A stretch of DNA of 38,397 bases, from NCBI GenBank assembly GCA_010093705.1, contig MU006118.1, positions 78,859-117,255 of the forward strand. The letters run 5' to 3'. The position numbers and the translations under genes are program-made. Below are positions 10,974-22,991 of the stretch, piece by piece. This DNA comes from Patellaria atrata CBS 101060 (Eukaryota). The notes under the pieces were generated by a model. That model saw nothing but the letters and a program-made list of their open reading frames with translations, was not told the origin of the DNA and did not search any database. Positions within the stretch are counted from its first letter, which is position 1. Each line of letters begins with the position of its first letter.

Positions 10974-11484
10974 GCATAGTATGAGGCGGGATATGTAAGA
11001 TAGAGATTGAGCGCAGCTTAAATGTACCAGGCTGGATGCGCCTAGACATAGAAAATACCGCACAGGTCACAGAGGTATAGAAGAATCAAGTAGGAATTCC
11101 GCGGATATATTTGCGGATTCTGATAGGAGAGGATCAGACCTTTGGCGTCGAGATACAGCTATAGACTTACAAGCTCAAAATAGATTAAGAGTATATGGTA
11201 TAGGATAACCTGATTCGCGTTCAGCATGCATGGTCTATGGCTATCTCAATGATCGAATATGAATATCGCAAAGAGGGTATTGAGAATCTGTATTCCAGGT
11301 ATGGCCCTTCGACGGTTATCGTCCCTTCTTGCCCTCACGCGTTCTCGCACACCCAACGCTCCTGAAAGTTAACTTCGTTCTCTCCTGTCCGAAGCTAGTA
11401 AATTGAAGAGCACCATATTCCTGCTATTCCTGCACCTGAGCTAGGCATTAACGAACGACTTGATCACTTTCTAGATCAGGAATT

Positions 11485-11739
11485 TCAATCTCTCACCTCT
11501 GGCGGCTTCCCCACAGGCTGTATCATCTTATTGAGAAAAAATGCGCGTATCTTCTCCTTCGGTTCGCCATATCCGATGGCCATATAATGCAGAAGAGGCT
11601 GATGGCCCACATAGGAGGCGTAGCTATCACGCATGATATTAGAGGTCCATTCAAACTTTGTTGTGTCAGGGTGAGTGGTGCCAATATAGCGGGCTTGGAG
11701 CTGTTCAAGCTGTTGCTGTGCGCGGAGTTTGTCGGCCAT
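11485..11739 (-). CDS. SF3B5: Splicing factor 3B subunit 5 (SF3b10/Ysf3)
   Basis: Intronless 84-aa ORF MADKLRAQQQLEQLQARYIGTTHPDTTKFEWTSNIMRDSYASYVGH...KMIQPVGKPP, an SF3b10 family match. Confidence 0.93.
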   Translation of the reverse strand: MADKLRAQQQLEQLQARYIGTTHPDTTKFEWTSNIMRDSYASYVGHQPLLHYMAIGYGEPKEKIRAFFLNKMIQPVGKPPEVRD

Positions 11740-11953
11740 TGTGACGTTGGATAAGGTAAGAGGGGTCTGAATTGATGCGGGCGCGGAGTTAGTGAGAGTA
11801 GATGAGACCGGGAAGGTTGATAAGTTGAAGGCTCGGAGGAGCCAAGACTTGCCGCAGCTGGAAGACTTCAACATCACTCTGCACGTCTACTGTACAGTAG
11901 CACTACAGTAGAGAACAAAATAACACCAGAACCCATATTGTTCGATCCCGAGA

Positions 11954-12574
11954 ATGGCTACACCCATCACTCCTGGCTCACAGAGCCCTCCACCGTTTAT
12001 ATCTCCCTCAAATACCATCGCCGAACCGCTCCCATACGACGCTGCCTTCGAAAATGCCATCATGGAGGCTATTCTACAACCACCCGCGCAAAACGGGATC
12101 ATCCTCGTCCCTCACCCGATCGACTCACCCATTCCTCAAACCGTCTCCGTAACCTCCATCAATCCCTCCACGCTCCCGATTTTACCGGCCTCCACATTAC
12201 CCCTCCCCTTGCACGATCCGCGGCGCATCTACCGCTCCCCAATCCCTGGCGTGCGCCTCACGCACCCCGGCGGACGTCTCGAAGGCGGAGCGGGCTCCTC
12301 ATACGCGGAAGCAGAAGCGTGGGCGAAAGACTTCGCACGACGGCATCGGTGTCGGACGCGGGAAGATGTAGCTAGAGCGGCGAGAGAGGAGATTAGGGTC
12401 CAGATGGCTGTGCTGAAGGAGCGGATGAAGGAAAGAAAGGAGAGAGCGGAGGAGAATGAGAGGGTTAGTAAGGAGGTAGAGCAGTTGGAGGCACAGAGGG
12501 AGGTTGAGGTGAAAATTGAAAGGAAGATGAGGGAGAAGGCGAATTTGAGGAGGAAGGATAGGGAGGGAAGTTAG
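11954..12574 (+). CDS. Hypothetical protein (Pro-rich N-half, charged coiled-coil C-half)
   Basis: Uninterrupted 206-aa ORF with AGAATGG start context, divergent from SF3B5. Segment IYRSPIPGVRLTHPGGRLEGG looks conserved. No function recognised. Confidence 0.7.
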   Translation: MATPITPGSQSPPPFISPSNTIAEPLPYDAAFENAIMEAILQPPAQNGIILVPHPIDSPIPQTVSVTSINPSTLPILPASTLPLPLHDPRRIYRSPIPGVRLTHPGGRLEGGAGSSYAEAEAWAKDFARRHRCRTREDVARAAREEIRVQMAVLKERMKERKERAEENERVSKEVEQLEAQREVEVKIERKMREKANLRRKDREGS

Positions 12575-13134
12575 ATGGAGTGATGGAAAGAGTTTCGCAT
12601 GTTGTTTTTATCTTAGGATACGCGTACTTGGTTAGCCTAAGCCGATGGGAGGCTGTCGGGTTAGGTAAGGTTACTGTGATGGGCTGCTGACCTACCTTAA
12701 CATGCAAAAGGCTTAAGGTACCTAGCTATCTTGGTGTCTTCACATTGCTCTGCACTACCTTATCTATCTTACCTTCTGTCGGGGCGCATTATTCAAGTGG
12801 ATTCCAATATACCTGGGCTTGGCCCACCTCCCGTCAAGATCCTCAAGCAGACGTTGAGGTAAATGATCGGGTAAGGTACCTTATTCGTCACAAATAGGCA
12901 AGAATCATTAAGAGCTATACCCTGGGTCCATTCCGGTGGAGGAACGTGCATTGTCCCCTTTTATTTCAGCAGACTTAAGATCATGCTAACGTTATTGTGG
13001 TACCTACCGTATGCATCTGGAGCTTACCTAAGGTTACGGGACGGTATCCTCTCATCCATTAGGTTTCTCTATCACGTAAGGTATCCTATCAAACTCGACT
13101 ACCGTAATCATTGGATTCATTCCTCTCTTTCGCC

Positions 13135-13738
13135 ATGGCAAACAATTCCCCTCCATGTTCGACAGGTGCCGAGATTCAAAACACTGAAAAGACGCCTTCG
13201 GATGAGCTTACGTCTACTGTAGCTTCTCTTTTTGAGCATTGTCGTCAAAATAACGAACACGCAATTGCACAAGAGTCTAAAATAGCAAACTTGAAGCAGG
13301 CCGGGAGATAGCAAAGCAGAACGAGGCCGAGCAAACAAGATTGTCGTTTCTAGAAACATTGAAAGAGATACTCTGAAAAGGCGCCTTGCAAATGCCGGTT
13401 TCAATCTCTAAATGATCATCTCTGCCTTCGGGTGACGAAGAGGACTCTGGAAGATGCTAGAGAATCTCTGAGAAAATTGCAGGATTTCTTCTCAGTACTC
13501 GGCGCTAGACATGATTCTACCAAGTTCGAATTGTCAAATATGAAGAGTAGACTTCTACTAGCTCAAGAGAGACTCTGGAATGAGGTCTTAGAGGATATTG
13601 GTGAATCAGTGAAGGAGAGTACGGGTTTTTCCAGCTTCGGGAAACGAAAGTTGTCTTCGGTATCGCACGTCGACGATGATGATTAGAGCATGACGAGGAA
13701 CAACGTCGACTCAAGCTCAGAATTGATACCGAAGGATA
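13135..13738 (+). pseudogene. Probable degenerate coiled-coil protein gene
   Basis: GCCATGG start, then heptad-like segments in changing frames: ...QESKIANLKQAG / EIAKQNEAEQTRLSFLETLKEIL / KRRLANAGFNL* / ...KRTLEDARESLRKLQDFF...GKRKLSSVSHVDDDD / EHDEEQRRLKLRIDTEG*. No clear introns bridge the shifts. Confidence 0.45.
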
Positions 13739-14760
13739 ATACACGTTACCCATGACCTGCTCCCATATTCTACGCGTCTTCTACCGATCAAGGACAACCT
13801 AAGGACAACTTCTCATCGCAAAATATTACCTCTCGTTCGTGTGTCTTACCACCTTAGACTTTCGATCTGATCTCTTAAGGGTCATTACAGCGATTTCTTC
13901 AAACTGTGTTCTGATTTGTTTCTGTCTTCTAGCTGCTGAGTTTCGACTTATAAATCATGTCCGTCTTTAATCATATGTAAAACCCACTAAGAGCCGAAAT
14001 TCTACATTATCTTCTCTTCGATCTTCTAGTTAGAAATTTTTAACGGAGCCAGAGGACGCACTCATAACTACAGCCAGTCTAAAACTCTTAACCTAGTTTT
14101 CCCAATAAGATCAAAGAGTTTTTCGTGCGTATCATCTACGAAGCTTCGATGTCTTTGCTATTTTAAGCACCGAACCTACGAGATTGTTTTTTTTTTCCCA
14201 ATAGATGACAAATGATCAATTGTGCTCCCTTCCATTATGTCTATACTCTTCCCAGCTCCGTCTTACACTCACTCTCTGCAAAATCAGACATCGCCGAGGA
14301 ATCTAACCAGCTATTGCGACATCCCATATACCTTACTTCCCCGGCTACTTGAACTGAATTTACCCCCCTAAAACTCTTTCTAACATTCAACCTCAATTAG
14401 GGGAAATATCACAATGATCTAATAAAAAAATTCACGAGTGTCGTGTAATCCGTTCGTTTTGGTGCTATATACAGAGCACATCTCTCGTTCATATACTCTG
14501 ACCACTGTGCTGAAACATCTAGAGTCTGGATACCTCTGCTGTATATCATGTCGAACGTACCCTTCTCCTGTAAGTAGCAACCGCTACAGCAGTCCTCAAG
14601 CACATAGCTTTAGCGGACCACCGTAACCCATGAGGGTAAAGCGCTCAATCCAACTCCCAAACGCTTTGCAGCAGATTCATGATCCGATAACACCCCTATC
14701 TTAGAACCCTGGTACGATCCGAAGAAGATAACCCTCGCCGGCCTCCAACCGGTGAGGGGT

Positions 14761-17620
14761 TCACTCAGTTCCAATATTGCTAGGCCTGAACTTCCGGTTA
14801 ATACTTCCTACTCTACCCAACCCAGTCGAAACACGGGAACTATTCTCCCCATAACCCCCCAGGGAGGCAATCCTCTGTCTTCTCTCCTCACTTGCCGTAT
14901 TTGCCGCCCCCTGATCCCTTTCATACGTGGACGGAGGATTGGACCGGTCCAGGTATCTGCGATTGCCATCCCGCCGCAAAGACGATCCGGGTATTCGACT
15001 GCTCTCTAGTGGGCGTGCATTCCCGTTAGGTTGGCGCAGCGACGTGACCGGCGTCTCCGGTAGGGGATGCTGCGACGTATATTCCCTGCTAACACGCTGA
15101 CTGCGGGCGCGTGCGATATCAGTCATAGCGCGAGACGGCGCTCGTAGCGTAGGATCTTCTTCATCATCCTCGTTGGCCAGGTGGCGGCTGCGGAGCAAAC
15201 TAGTACCGGCGCGGTCAAGCTGGCGAGGTATCTGCGCCTGTGTTGGAGTCCGGGCCTCGTAGTTCAGGTTTGATTCACGGGGACTGTTGCTCGCGCTGCC
15301 GATACCGTAGAGACTTGCGCGTCGGCGCTCTTCTACGCGTTCCATTGCCCGACTAGGGCTATTTCGAGGGGCTAATTCAGGTTCGAGGCTTCCGACACGG
15401 GCTTGTCTTGAATATGCCCGCTCGGGGGATTCACCGTTCAGACGGACTGCCGTTCGAGGAGAATCTTTGGCGAGTTGTCTGGGCTCGATGGAGGTTCGGA
15501 TTGCTGGGCTACCGGGATCGGACTTGCCTTCGCAGAGCGCAATGCATAGATCAGTTAGGTTCCTACACATATTATCTGCCTTTCGTCGGATGTGCCGATC
15601 AGGGACCGTCGCCCCATTGATTATTGACGCCACTGTATATGCTGTTCCCTGAGGGCCAGCACTGCCCGTCAAAGCTGCCAGCTCTAGCGCTTCCGAGGCT
15701 GCTGCCTCTAGTGATCGATATAAAGCGGGACTCAGGAGAGTCTTACATTTGGCGAGAGCTTGGTGGAGGAGGGGATGGATATTGGGAGCTCCAAGACCTT
15801 GCGCTGGCGCTTCTGAAGGGGATATGCTTTGCTTGCGTTGCCGCCTGGGAGACGATGAAATCGTAGTTACGGTTGTGGTCGCAGTTCGTGGACGCTCCCC
15901 TGCATCATTAGCCATTGCAGCGGCTGAGCTAGGTGGCATTTTCCCCGTTACCTCCAACTTTCGTATTCGTGACTTTAGCTCATCAAGTTCGTCCCAGACG
16001 GTGGAGGCTGCCGTGGCAGATTCAACAGACTCTGTACCGTCGGTCCTGGATTGAGTGCGTCCATGAATATTTCCTGGATCTGGGGGTGTATCCAAGTGAG
16101 ACGTAGAGTCATTTCCATAGGAAGAGGAATAGTTCAAGTTTGAAGGACGGTAGTGTGTTCGCATGGAAGGGGTGTTTGGATCGGTCATTGATGGTCTTCG
16201 CCTGCCGTAAGACGGCAAATCAGGAGCTCTGGAACCAGAAAAGGAGGACTGAGGAGAGACTCCAATCTGTCTTGCTCGATAAACCTCTAAGGGATTGGAT
16301 GAGGCCGGAGACAGGTCTCGTAAATTTATGGCACGCGTAGTCACGGACGGAGAAGGCAATTGAGAAGCCCTCCGGTAGTGAGACTGAACCCTGCTGTCCT
16401 GGGCATTTGTTGTTTGCTGGCCTGATGCTGAAGAATTTGGAATTCGGTCAGTAGCAGAAGGAGAAAATGAGTTTGCAGGCAACGACTGTCTTTGACTGTG
16501 GGTTGCGCGAGCAATTCGGGACTGTGAAAAGTGAACGTTAGCGTCGCGTTCAGAAAATTGTCTGAGCACGTTTCAGAGTGCACCACTTGCACAAACAACA
16601 CTTTCACAAGTTTTTAATATAAAGTCAATTTGATTCGCTTACCCGTCGACGTTCGATGCGCGTTCCCGCATCTTCACCACTGTCTCGCTGCGGGCTATCC
16701 TGTGCCAGATTCAAGAAAAGATCTTCGTTTGTCTGACTCGCAGGTTCATTTGCGCTTGATCCGCCCTCGCCTTCACCTCCAGACCTGATACCGGTATCCT
16801 CCCGATGTAAAAGGGTATGCACGTCTGGATCTTGTGTTCCGGAGTCATAGTCTGAATAGTTCCCCTTTCCACCTCCGTTTCGCTGCCTCCCGGCCATTCC
16901 GCTGGCGGAGTGAGCGGACTTGTGCCTTGATATACCTGGAGTAGTGGGAACGGATGTGGTACTCGCTTCGCTGCCCCTTCTTGTGCGCACCAGGGTCGGG
17001 TTTATCGTGCTGCTGCTATTCCTTCGCGAATGCCCTTCTTTGGAACCGGGCGACACGACGCCGAACTGTGTCAATTGTTGCTGTGCACAAGCGAAATCCG
17101 AAGGGCTCTGAATTTTCCGTACGACGTCCGAAGTATACGATCCTCTAGTGATCAAGGCAGGTGGCGGTCCATTTGTGGTTTCTATACCATGACTGCTGCG
17201 TGACGCCGGTGGGCGCTTGAAGGCTGGTGATCTTGCGTCTGTACCAGATGAAGCGGGTTGCGCGCTGAAGTAGGAGCCGGCAACAGATGGACTTAAGGTA
17301 GGGGACTTGAAAGAGCCGCTCAGACGCCTATGGTGGGTACCGCGCGGTGAGATAACTGGATTGTTTTGGCCGTTTGGCGACTCGGGAAGTTGGTTGGTGG
17401 TGCGTAAATGCGGTCGCGAGTTGTCTGTATTTGCGCCTCGATTCTGGACAGTCGAAGGCGATCTGTCGCTAGATGTACGGGTTAAGGGTGAAGGTACGGA
17501 TAAGACTTGCTTGCGGCTTTCGCAGTGTACAGAATTACGGCGCCTTTGGTGGGACGAAGCGGAAGGTGGCCTTGGTGTTGTTTTTGTTGGTGTTGCTGGT
17601 GTTCGCCCTGCTGGCGACAT
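14761..17620 (-). CDS. Large (~912 aa) Ser/Pro/Arg-rich disordered protein conserved in Pezizomycotina (family often auto-annotated 'LPXTG-motif cell wall anchor domain protein')
   Basis: Exons 17620-16643 and 16521-14761, intron GTAAGC...CTAAC...CAG. Conserved islands: EDLFLNLA, STVWDELDELKSRIRKLEVTGKMPPSS, ERPRTATTTVTTISSSP, IHPLLHQALAK, RRKADNMCRNLTDLCIALC. Confidence 0.8.
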
Positions 17621-18304
17621 CCTTGTCTCATGCAGCAAAGGCCGAGGAAGATGAACGAGAAGACAGTCCTGAAAACGGGAAATCTTGCATTACTCTGAGG
17701 AGAAGTTTAATAAAAGAGAAGTAGAGCAGTGAGCAATTGGCAATTGACACTTTCATCCTTTGGTAGACTGCCTCATGCCACGGCTATTTTGCTCGTAGAT
17801 CTCATCCATACGGTACTATACTAGAACTAACTCTACTAACAAGCCCCCGGGGGAACTGCAAGTGCAAGCGCCATCACAATTCACAGAGAACACACAATCA
17901 CACACCCTTCACTCCTACTAGTTCCTGTAATAATTCTTTTTCCTCACTCACCGATAGATATAAACCTAGACCGATTTATGCAACATGCAATATGCAACGT
18001 GCAACTGTAGGGGATAGCATGTTGTATAGTACAGTAGGTACAGCACAGGACCGGATTCATGGTAGGTGTAACGAGTAATGGAGGTCGGCTAATTAAGCTC
18101 AAAACATTACCCGTAAGATTCTGTTTTGTACCTTTCGTAATACTGTATAAAACACATTTAATGTTTTCAATTGAACTTCCACTACGATCATATCACTACC
18201 TTACGCTTGTGTTAGTTCTATGTATTTTGGTTTACTGTGTAGTGCAAACGCAATTGAAGCTCTGACACTAAAAATCTGTGGAGACTGGAGAGATGTTTCA
18301 CCCA

Positions 18305-18674
18305 CAGTCGAACCTGGACATAACGACAGCGTCTTTGCGCACTAAACGTATCGTTATTCCGAGGTGATCGTAGTAACTAATACGTACACGCACTATATTT
18401 ATACTAAGTAAAGATAAAAAGAGGTAAAGCTAGGTAAAATCAGGTAAAATTAGGTAAAATAAGGGGTAATTTAAGGGGCCTTAGATACTATATAAGCTAT
18501 TTCCTATATAAAAATCTTACCTGGTCATACCGATTTTAGTAGGTAATACCTTACAATATCTTAAGAGTCTAGGTTATCGTTACTATTATATAATAAACGG
18601 GGTTACTTACTTGAAAGTATCGCTATTCCGGGGTTATCGCTATATCTATAAATCGTTGTGTCCGGGTTCAACTG
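18305..18674. mobile_element. Non-autonomous Tc1/mariner-pogo-type MITE (370 bp), degenerate
   Basis: Left TIR 18305-18327 CAGTCGAACCTGGACATAACGAC versus reverse complement of 18652-18674 CAGTTGAACCCGGACACAACGAT: 19/23, all mismatches C/T. Subterminal direct repeat 18348-18370 versus 18617-18639 (20/23). AT/TpA-rich core with 10-bp AGGTAAAAT tandem units. The expected TA target-site duplication is not intact (flanks CA and CG). Confidence 0.75.
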
Positions 18675-18902
18675 CGTATGCACAAAATCGACTGTTAAAC
18701 GGGGGGAACTCATTTGTGTAGTTGTACCTAAAACCACAATTCTGAGCCCAGGCTTTACATTATCTGACCCTTTACGTTCTCTTTCCCTTTTGCCTCTTTG
18801 TGAATTGCGCAAACCTAAGTACAAAAGTATTCTTCAGTACAAAACACGTGCTTTTTTGCTCTAACCGTATCGGCACTAGTTCGGAAAGCGGAAGTATCCA
18901 CG

Positions 18903-18910
18903 CACGTGAC
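18903..18910. promoter_or_regulatory. E-box / Cbf1-type site (CACGTGAC) upstream of PRP45
   Basis: Reverse complement is GTCACGTG, 113 bp before the ATG. A second CACGTG lies at 18845. Confidence 0.4.
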
Positions 18911-19015
18911 TGATATTTCTCGGTTGCCGATTTCGATGACTTACCTTACCTAATACTCCAAAGGAATATCTCTACAAGCTCAAAGCTTTTCACCTTTCAC
19001 CTATCATATTCCTAC

Positions 19016-20832
19016 ATGGCTACTATGGCCACTTCCTTATCGAGGCTTCTCCCTAAGCCCAAATACTCTGGAGAAGATGAGGAACTACCAGCTCATACAC
19101 GGTCCAAAGGTCCCCGTGTGGTTGGCGCAAGTGCTCTGGATGATACTCAACTTGTATTGAAGGTGAGCATCTCAACTCCATCATACTCTACGATGCTAAT
19201 GTCTAGAAGCGAAGCGGTCCTCCTCCTTACGGTCAACGAGCAGCCGGGTGGAGGCCGCGGTCTGCAGAGGATTATGGCGATGGTGGCGCTTTTCCAGAAG
19301 TCCCTGTAGCCCAGTATCCCCTCGACATGGGTAGAAAAGCTACCTCGAGCTCTAATGCACTAGCCATTCAAGTTGATGGGGAAGGGAAGATAAAATATGA
19401 TGCGATAGCTAGGGCAGGTCACGGCGATAAGAGGATAGTGCAGGCTTCCTTTAAAGATTTGATACCGCTTAGGCAACGGGTAGATATCGGTGAAGTATCA
19501 CTCGAGAGACCGTCAGAAGAGGAGGTCCAAGCTACTAAGGAGCGGACTCAAAATGCTCTCGCCGCCCTGGTAAGCGGGGCTGTGGCTTCACAGAAGCCTA
19601 AGACCGTCAAGGGAACGAGTAGAAAGGAGCCTACATATGTTCGCTATACCCCCGCAAATCAGATGGGCGACAAGACGAAGAAGCAAGATCGCATAATGAA
19701 AATTGTTGAGAGGCAACAAGACCCTATGGAACCACCAAAATTCAAGCACAAGAAGATACCGAGAGGTCCACCCAGTCCTCCTCCGCCGGTCCTACACTCT
19801 CCTCCGAGGAAGCTCACTGCAGAAGACCAGGAAGCATGGAAGATACCACCTCCCGTTTCAAACTGGAAGAATCCAAAGGGTTATACTGTCCCTCTTGATA
19901 AGCGCTTGGCTGCGGATGGACGAGGTCTCCAGGACGTTACTATCAATGACAAGTTCGCCCAATTTGCCGAAGCCCTGTTTACCGCGGATCGTCACGCAAG
20001 AGAAGAGGTCAAACAGCGAAATCTCATGCAACAGAAATTGGCAGAGAAGGAGAAGCTGCAAAAGGAAGAACATTTACGCGCGTTGGCGCAGAAAGCTCGG
20101 GAAGAGAGAGCTGCTGGCAGTCGCCGAAAATCTAGAGGTGGCAGAAGCGATTCTGAATACTCGTCTAGATCTGCCAGCGAGGATGAAGATGCAGCGCGTG
20201 AGCGTCAAAAGATGCGCAAAGAAAAGTTAGAAGAACATAAGAGGGAGATTCGTCAATCACGGATGGGGACGGAAAGAAAATTACAAATGTTGGCTAGAGA
20301 ACAGAACCGGGATATATCCGAAAAGATCGCCCTTGGTCTTGCGAAACCAACTTCGTCATCCGAGGGAATGTATGATTCTCGGTTGTTTAATCAGACGAGT
20401 GGATTCGATACAGGATTCAATGAGGATCAACCGTACGATAAGCCGCTATTCGCGGCACAGGATGCTATCAGTAGCATTTACAGACCAAAAGTTAACCAGG
20501 ATGAGGATGAAGATGCCGGTGATGCTATGGAAAGGATCACAAAGTCAAATCGCTTCGAAAAGCTCGGGAAGGCGAAGGAGGGATTTAGGGGCGCCGACAT
20601 TGCTGAGGTTGGTTCACGTATTGCTTCATCCCTTCCCCTACTTGGAAATACTAATGAATTCTAGGAGCGGGAAGGTCCTGTACAGTTCGAAAAAGATACA
20701 GATGATCCGTTCAATATCAGTCAGATGATTTCAGAAGCTACCGGTACTGGTAAGAAGAGGTATGGGCTAGAGGAACATGACGAGAAATCCCGGAAACGAG
20801 CGCGAGTCGACGAAGACGATGATGATCGTTAG
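19016..20832 (+). CDS. PRP45: Pre-mRNA-processing protein 45 (SNW1/SKIP)
   Basis: Exons 19016-19162, 19207/19210-20607 and 20665-20832. Motifs: DYGDGGAFPEVPVAQYPLDMG, DPMEPPKFKHKKIPRGPPSPP, SNWKNPKGYTVPLDKRLAADGRGL, REGPVQFEKD. Confidence 0.97.
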
Positions 20833-21383
20833 GGCTATGCCCCTAGAGTAATTGGTTGGTGAGACGCGGATCATGTATTGTACAGCATATTGTCCTGCAT
20901 TAAGGATGGGCCTCATGCAGGCACGGCGGGGACTTGTATTTTGGGATACCAGCGTAGCGTTCAAATAGCTTGAAATACTTTTATTCTTTGATTTTCAACT
21001 TCCACTTCTTGCGATATCCCAAGTAGCCTTCAGTAATGATCAAAAGCATCGAACCCAAGATTTTCTTACCGCTTTTCACACTAACCCTTTCCATGACTTT
21101 GATACTAATGTTCCGAATCTCCGGCTCACGCGTCGGACAAGACGACGACAAAATACTTCGTCTTCTCTCTCAGTAAATCAGCAATGAGAGATTTCATGAC
21201 CAGATCTCCAAGAGTAATACACGTCGAGTGAATTTCGCGTACAGCGGAACCTTTCTTCCACGGAGCCCTCGATAATAGGCCTGATTTGTCCTGACAATAG
21301 CGTGATAGTAAATAGCTAATGCCACCATCTTCAAGTCTCGATTAAAAATCTAACAAAGCATCAATTTCAGATTCGTATTCAAG

Positions 21384-22745
21384 ATGGCGGCAGTCGCCAT
21401 ACCAATGACGGCCGCCGAAATCGTGCAGCACCCAGAATACCCTCATGTCTGGTGGGAGTTGAAGCCAGAAAAGAAAGGGTTATGCCCAGTTGCAAAAGGA
21501 AGAGGTGGGCCCTTCAACATTGCGTATGAAGTCCATGGACAAGGACCCATTCATCTAGTAGTAGGTTCACCCCCTTCACCATCATTGTCTACCGTCTTTC
21601 CTCTTTATAGTAGACAGAAGAGACCCAAAAAGTTATGTCCAAAAGCTATGGACTGAAAAATCCAAATGAACGGAAGTAGAATTTTCTTTAAAACATAAAA
21701 AGCTGACCGTCTCTCTTTCTACTAGTGGGTCATGGGCCTCGGAACCTTCAAATCCTCATGGCAGCGTCAGACAAAGGATATCGGTCACATTCAGGGTGAC
21801 AAGTATACCTGCCTGATATTCGACAACAGGGGGGTATGCGAGTCAGACAAACCTATGATGCGATACTCAACATCAGAGATGGCTAAGGACACTATCGAGC
21901 TCATTGACTTTATCGGGTGGAAAGGTAAGCGCGAGTTGCACGTCATAGGGGTCAGTATGGGTGGTATGATCACTCAGGAAATGGTATGGCCCCATTGCTT
22001 CCAGATCATAGGTTCATACATATTGACATTGTTGGTAGGGTCTTCTCATCCCGGAGAGGATAGGAAGTATGACACTACTATCTACGGGACCACGTTTGTT
22101 CAGGACAATAGTAAAATCTCCCAAATGACATTTCCCTGACCACAAGGTCAGAATACTAACTAGACAATATAGCCATACTTTGAGAACCTCCGTAACCGTA
22201 TAAATCTCTTGTAAATTTTATGACACCTCCTTTTCTTATAAATCTTTCACTGAAGACACACCAGCATCCCTCGCGCCATAGACACCCAACTCGCCAACAT
22301 AAAACGGAACATGTGTTCGGACGCGTGGCTATCGAAACCTGATGACACAGAACATGTCAGAGAGCCTTTCCCCACAAACGGGGACCGCTACGCCGCTCAC
22401 GAAATCTCCAAAAGGTCCAATCCCGCATACTTCACCCGCACCGGCTTTATCGCTCAAGCCATCGCCGCAGGCTGGCACTACAAATCCCCCTCCCAAATTG
22501 CAGAACTGGCCGACAGGATCGGGAGGGAAAGGATCCAGGTGATCCATGGGACGGCAGATAGGATGGTTACGTTTCCGCACGGAAAGGTGTTGGCGGAAGA
22601 GATGGGGGGTGAGGAAAGAGGGGTGACGGTTAGGTTTGTGGAGGGGCAAGGTCATATCATTCCGCTTGAGATGAGGGCGGAGTTCAATAGCTGGATTATA
22701 GGGCATGCCGAGAAAGGGGAACGGATGAATAGGGAGGAAAGGTAA
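21384..22745 (+). CDS. Alpha/beta-fold hydrolase
   Basis: Five exons. IAYEVHGQGPIHLVWVMGLG, FDNRG, nucleophile elbow GVSMGG, IHGTADRMV (Asp) and GQGH (His) give a complete Ser-Asp-His triad. Confidence 0.9.
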
Positions 22746-22991
22746 GGGTGAAGTCGAGATAGGTGCGCTCAACGAGAAAGGGTGTTCATGGTGAATATTG
22801 AGATAAATTTAATCCTCCCAGCACAAATGCATTTCCCTCCGATCTGAGCCTCCCGGATTATATCATACAACCTCCCCTTTTTCGAGTGGTGATCTAAAAC
22901 GCCATCCAATGCAGCAAAAGCCCGCCCTAAACGCCTCGCTCAACGCACTCTTCAAATATCTTACACCTTCAATGCTCTTCCCATTTCTTAT

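Noticed and set aside
18514..18530. ATCTTACCTGG resembling the U1 snRNA 5' end
   Set aside because: Imperfect match, no U1 stem-loops or Sm site follow, and it lies inside the AT-rich MITE core.
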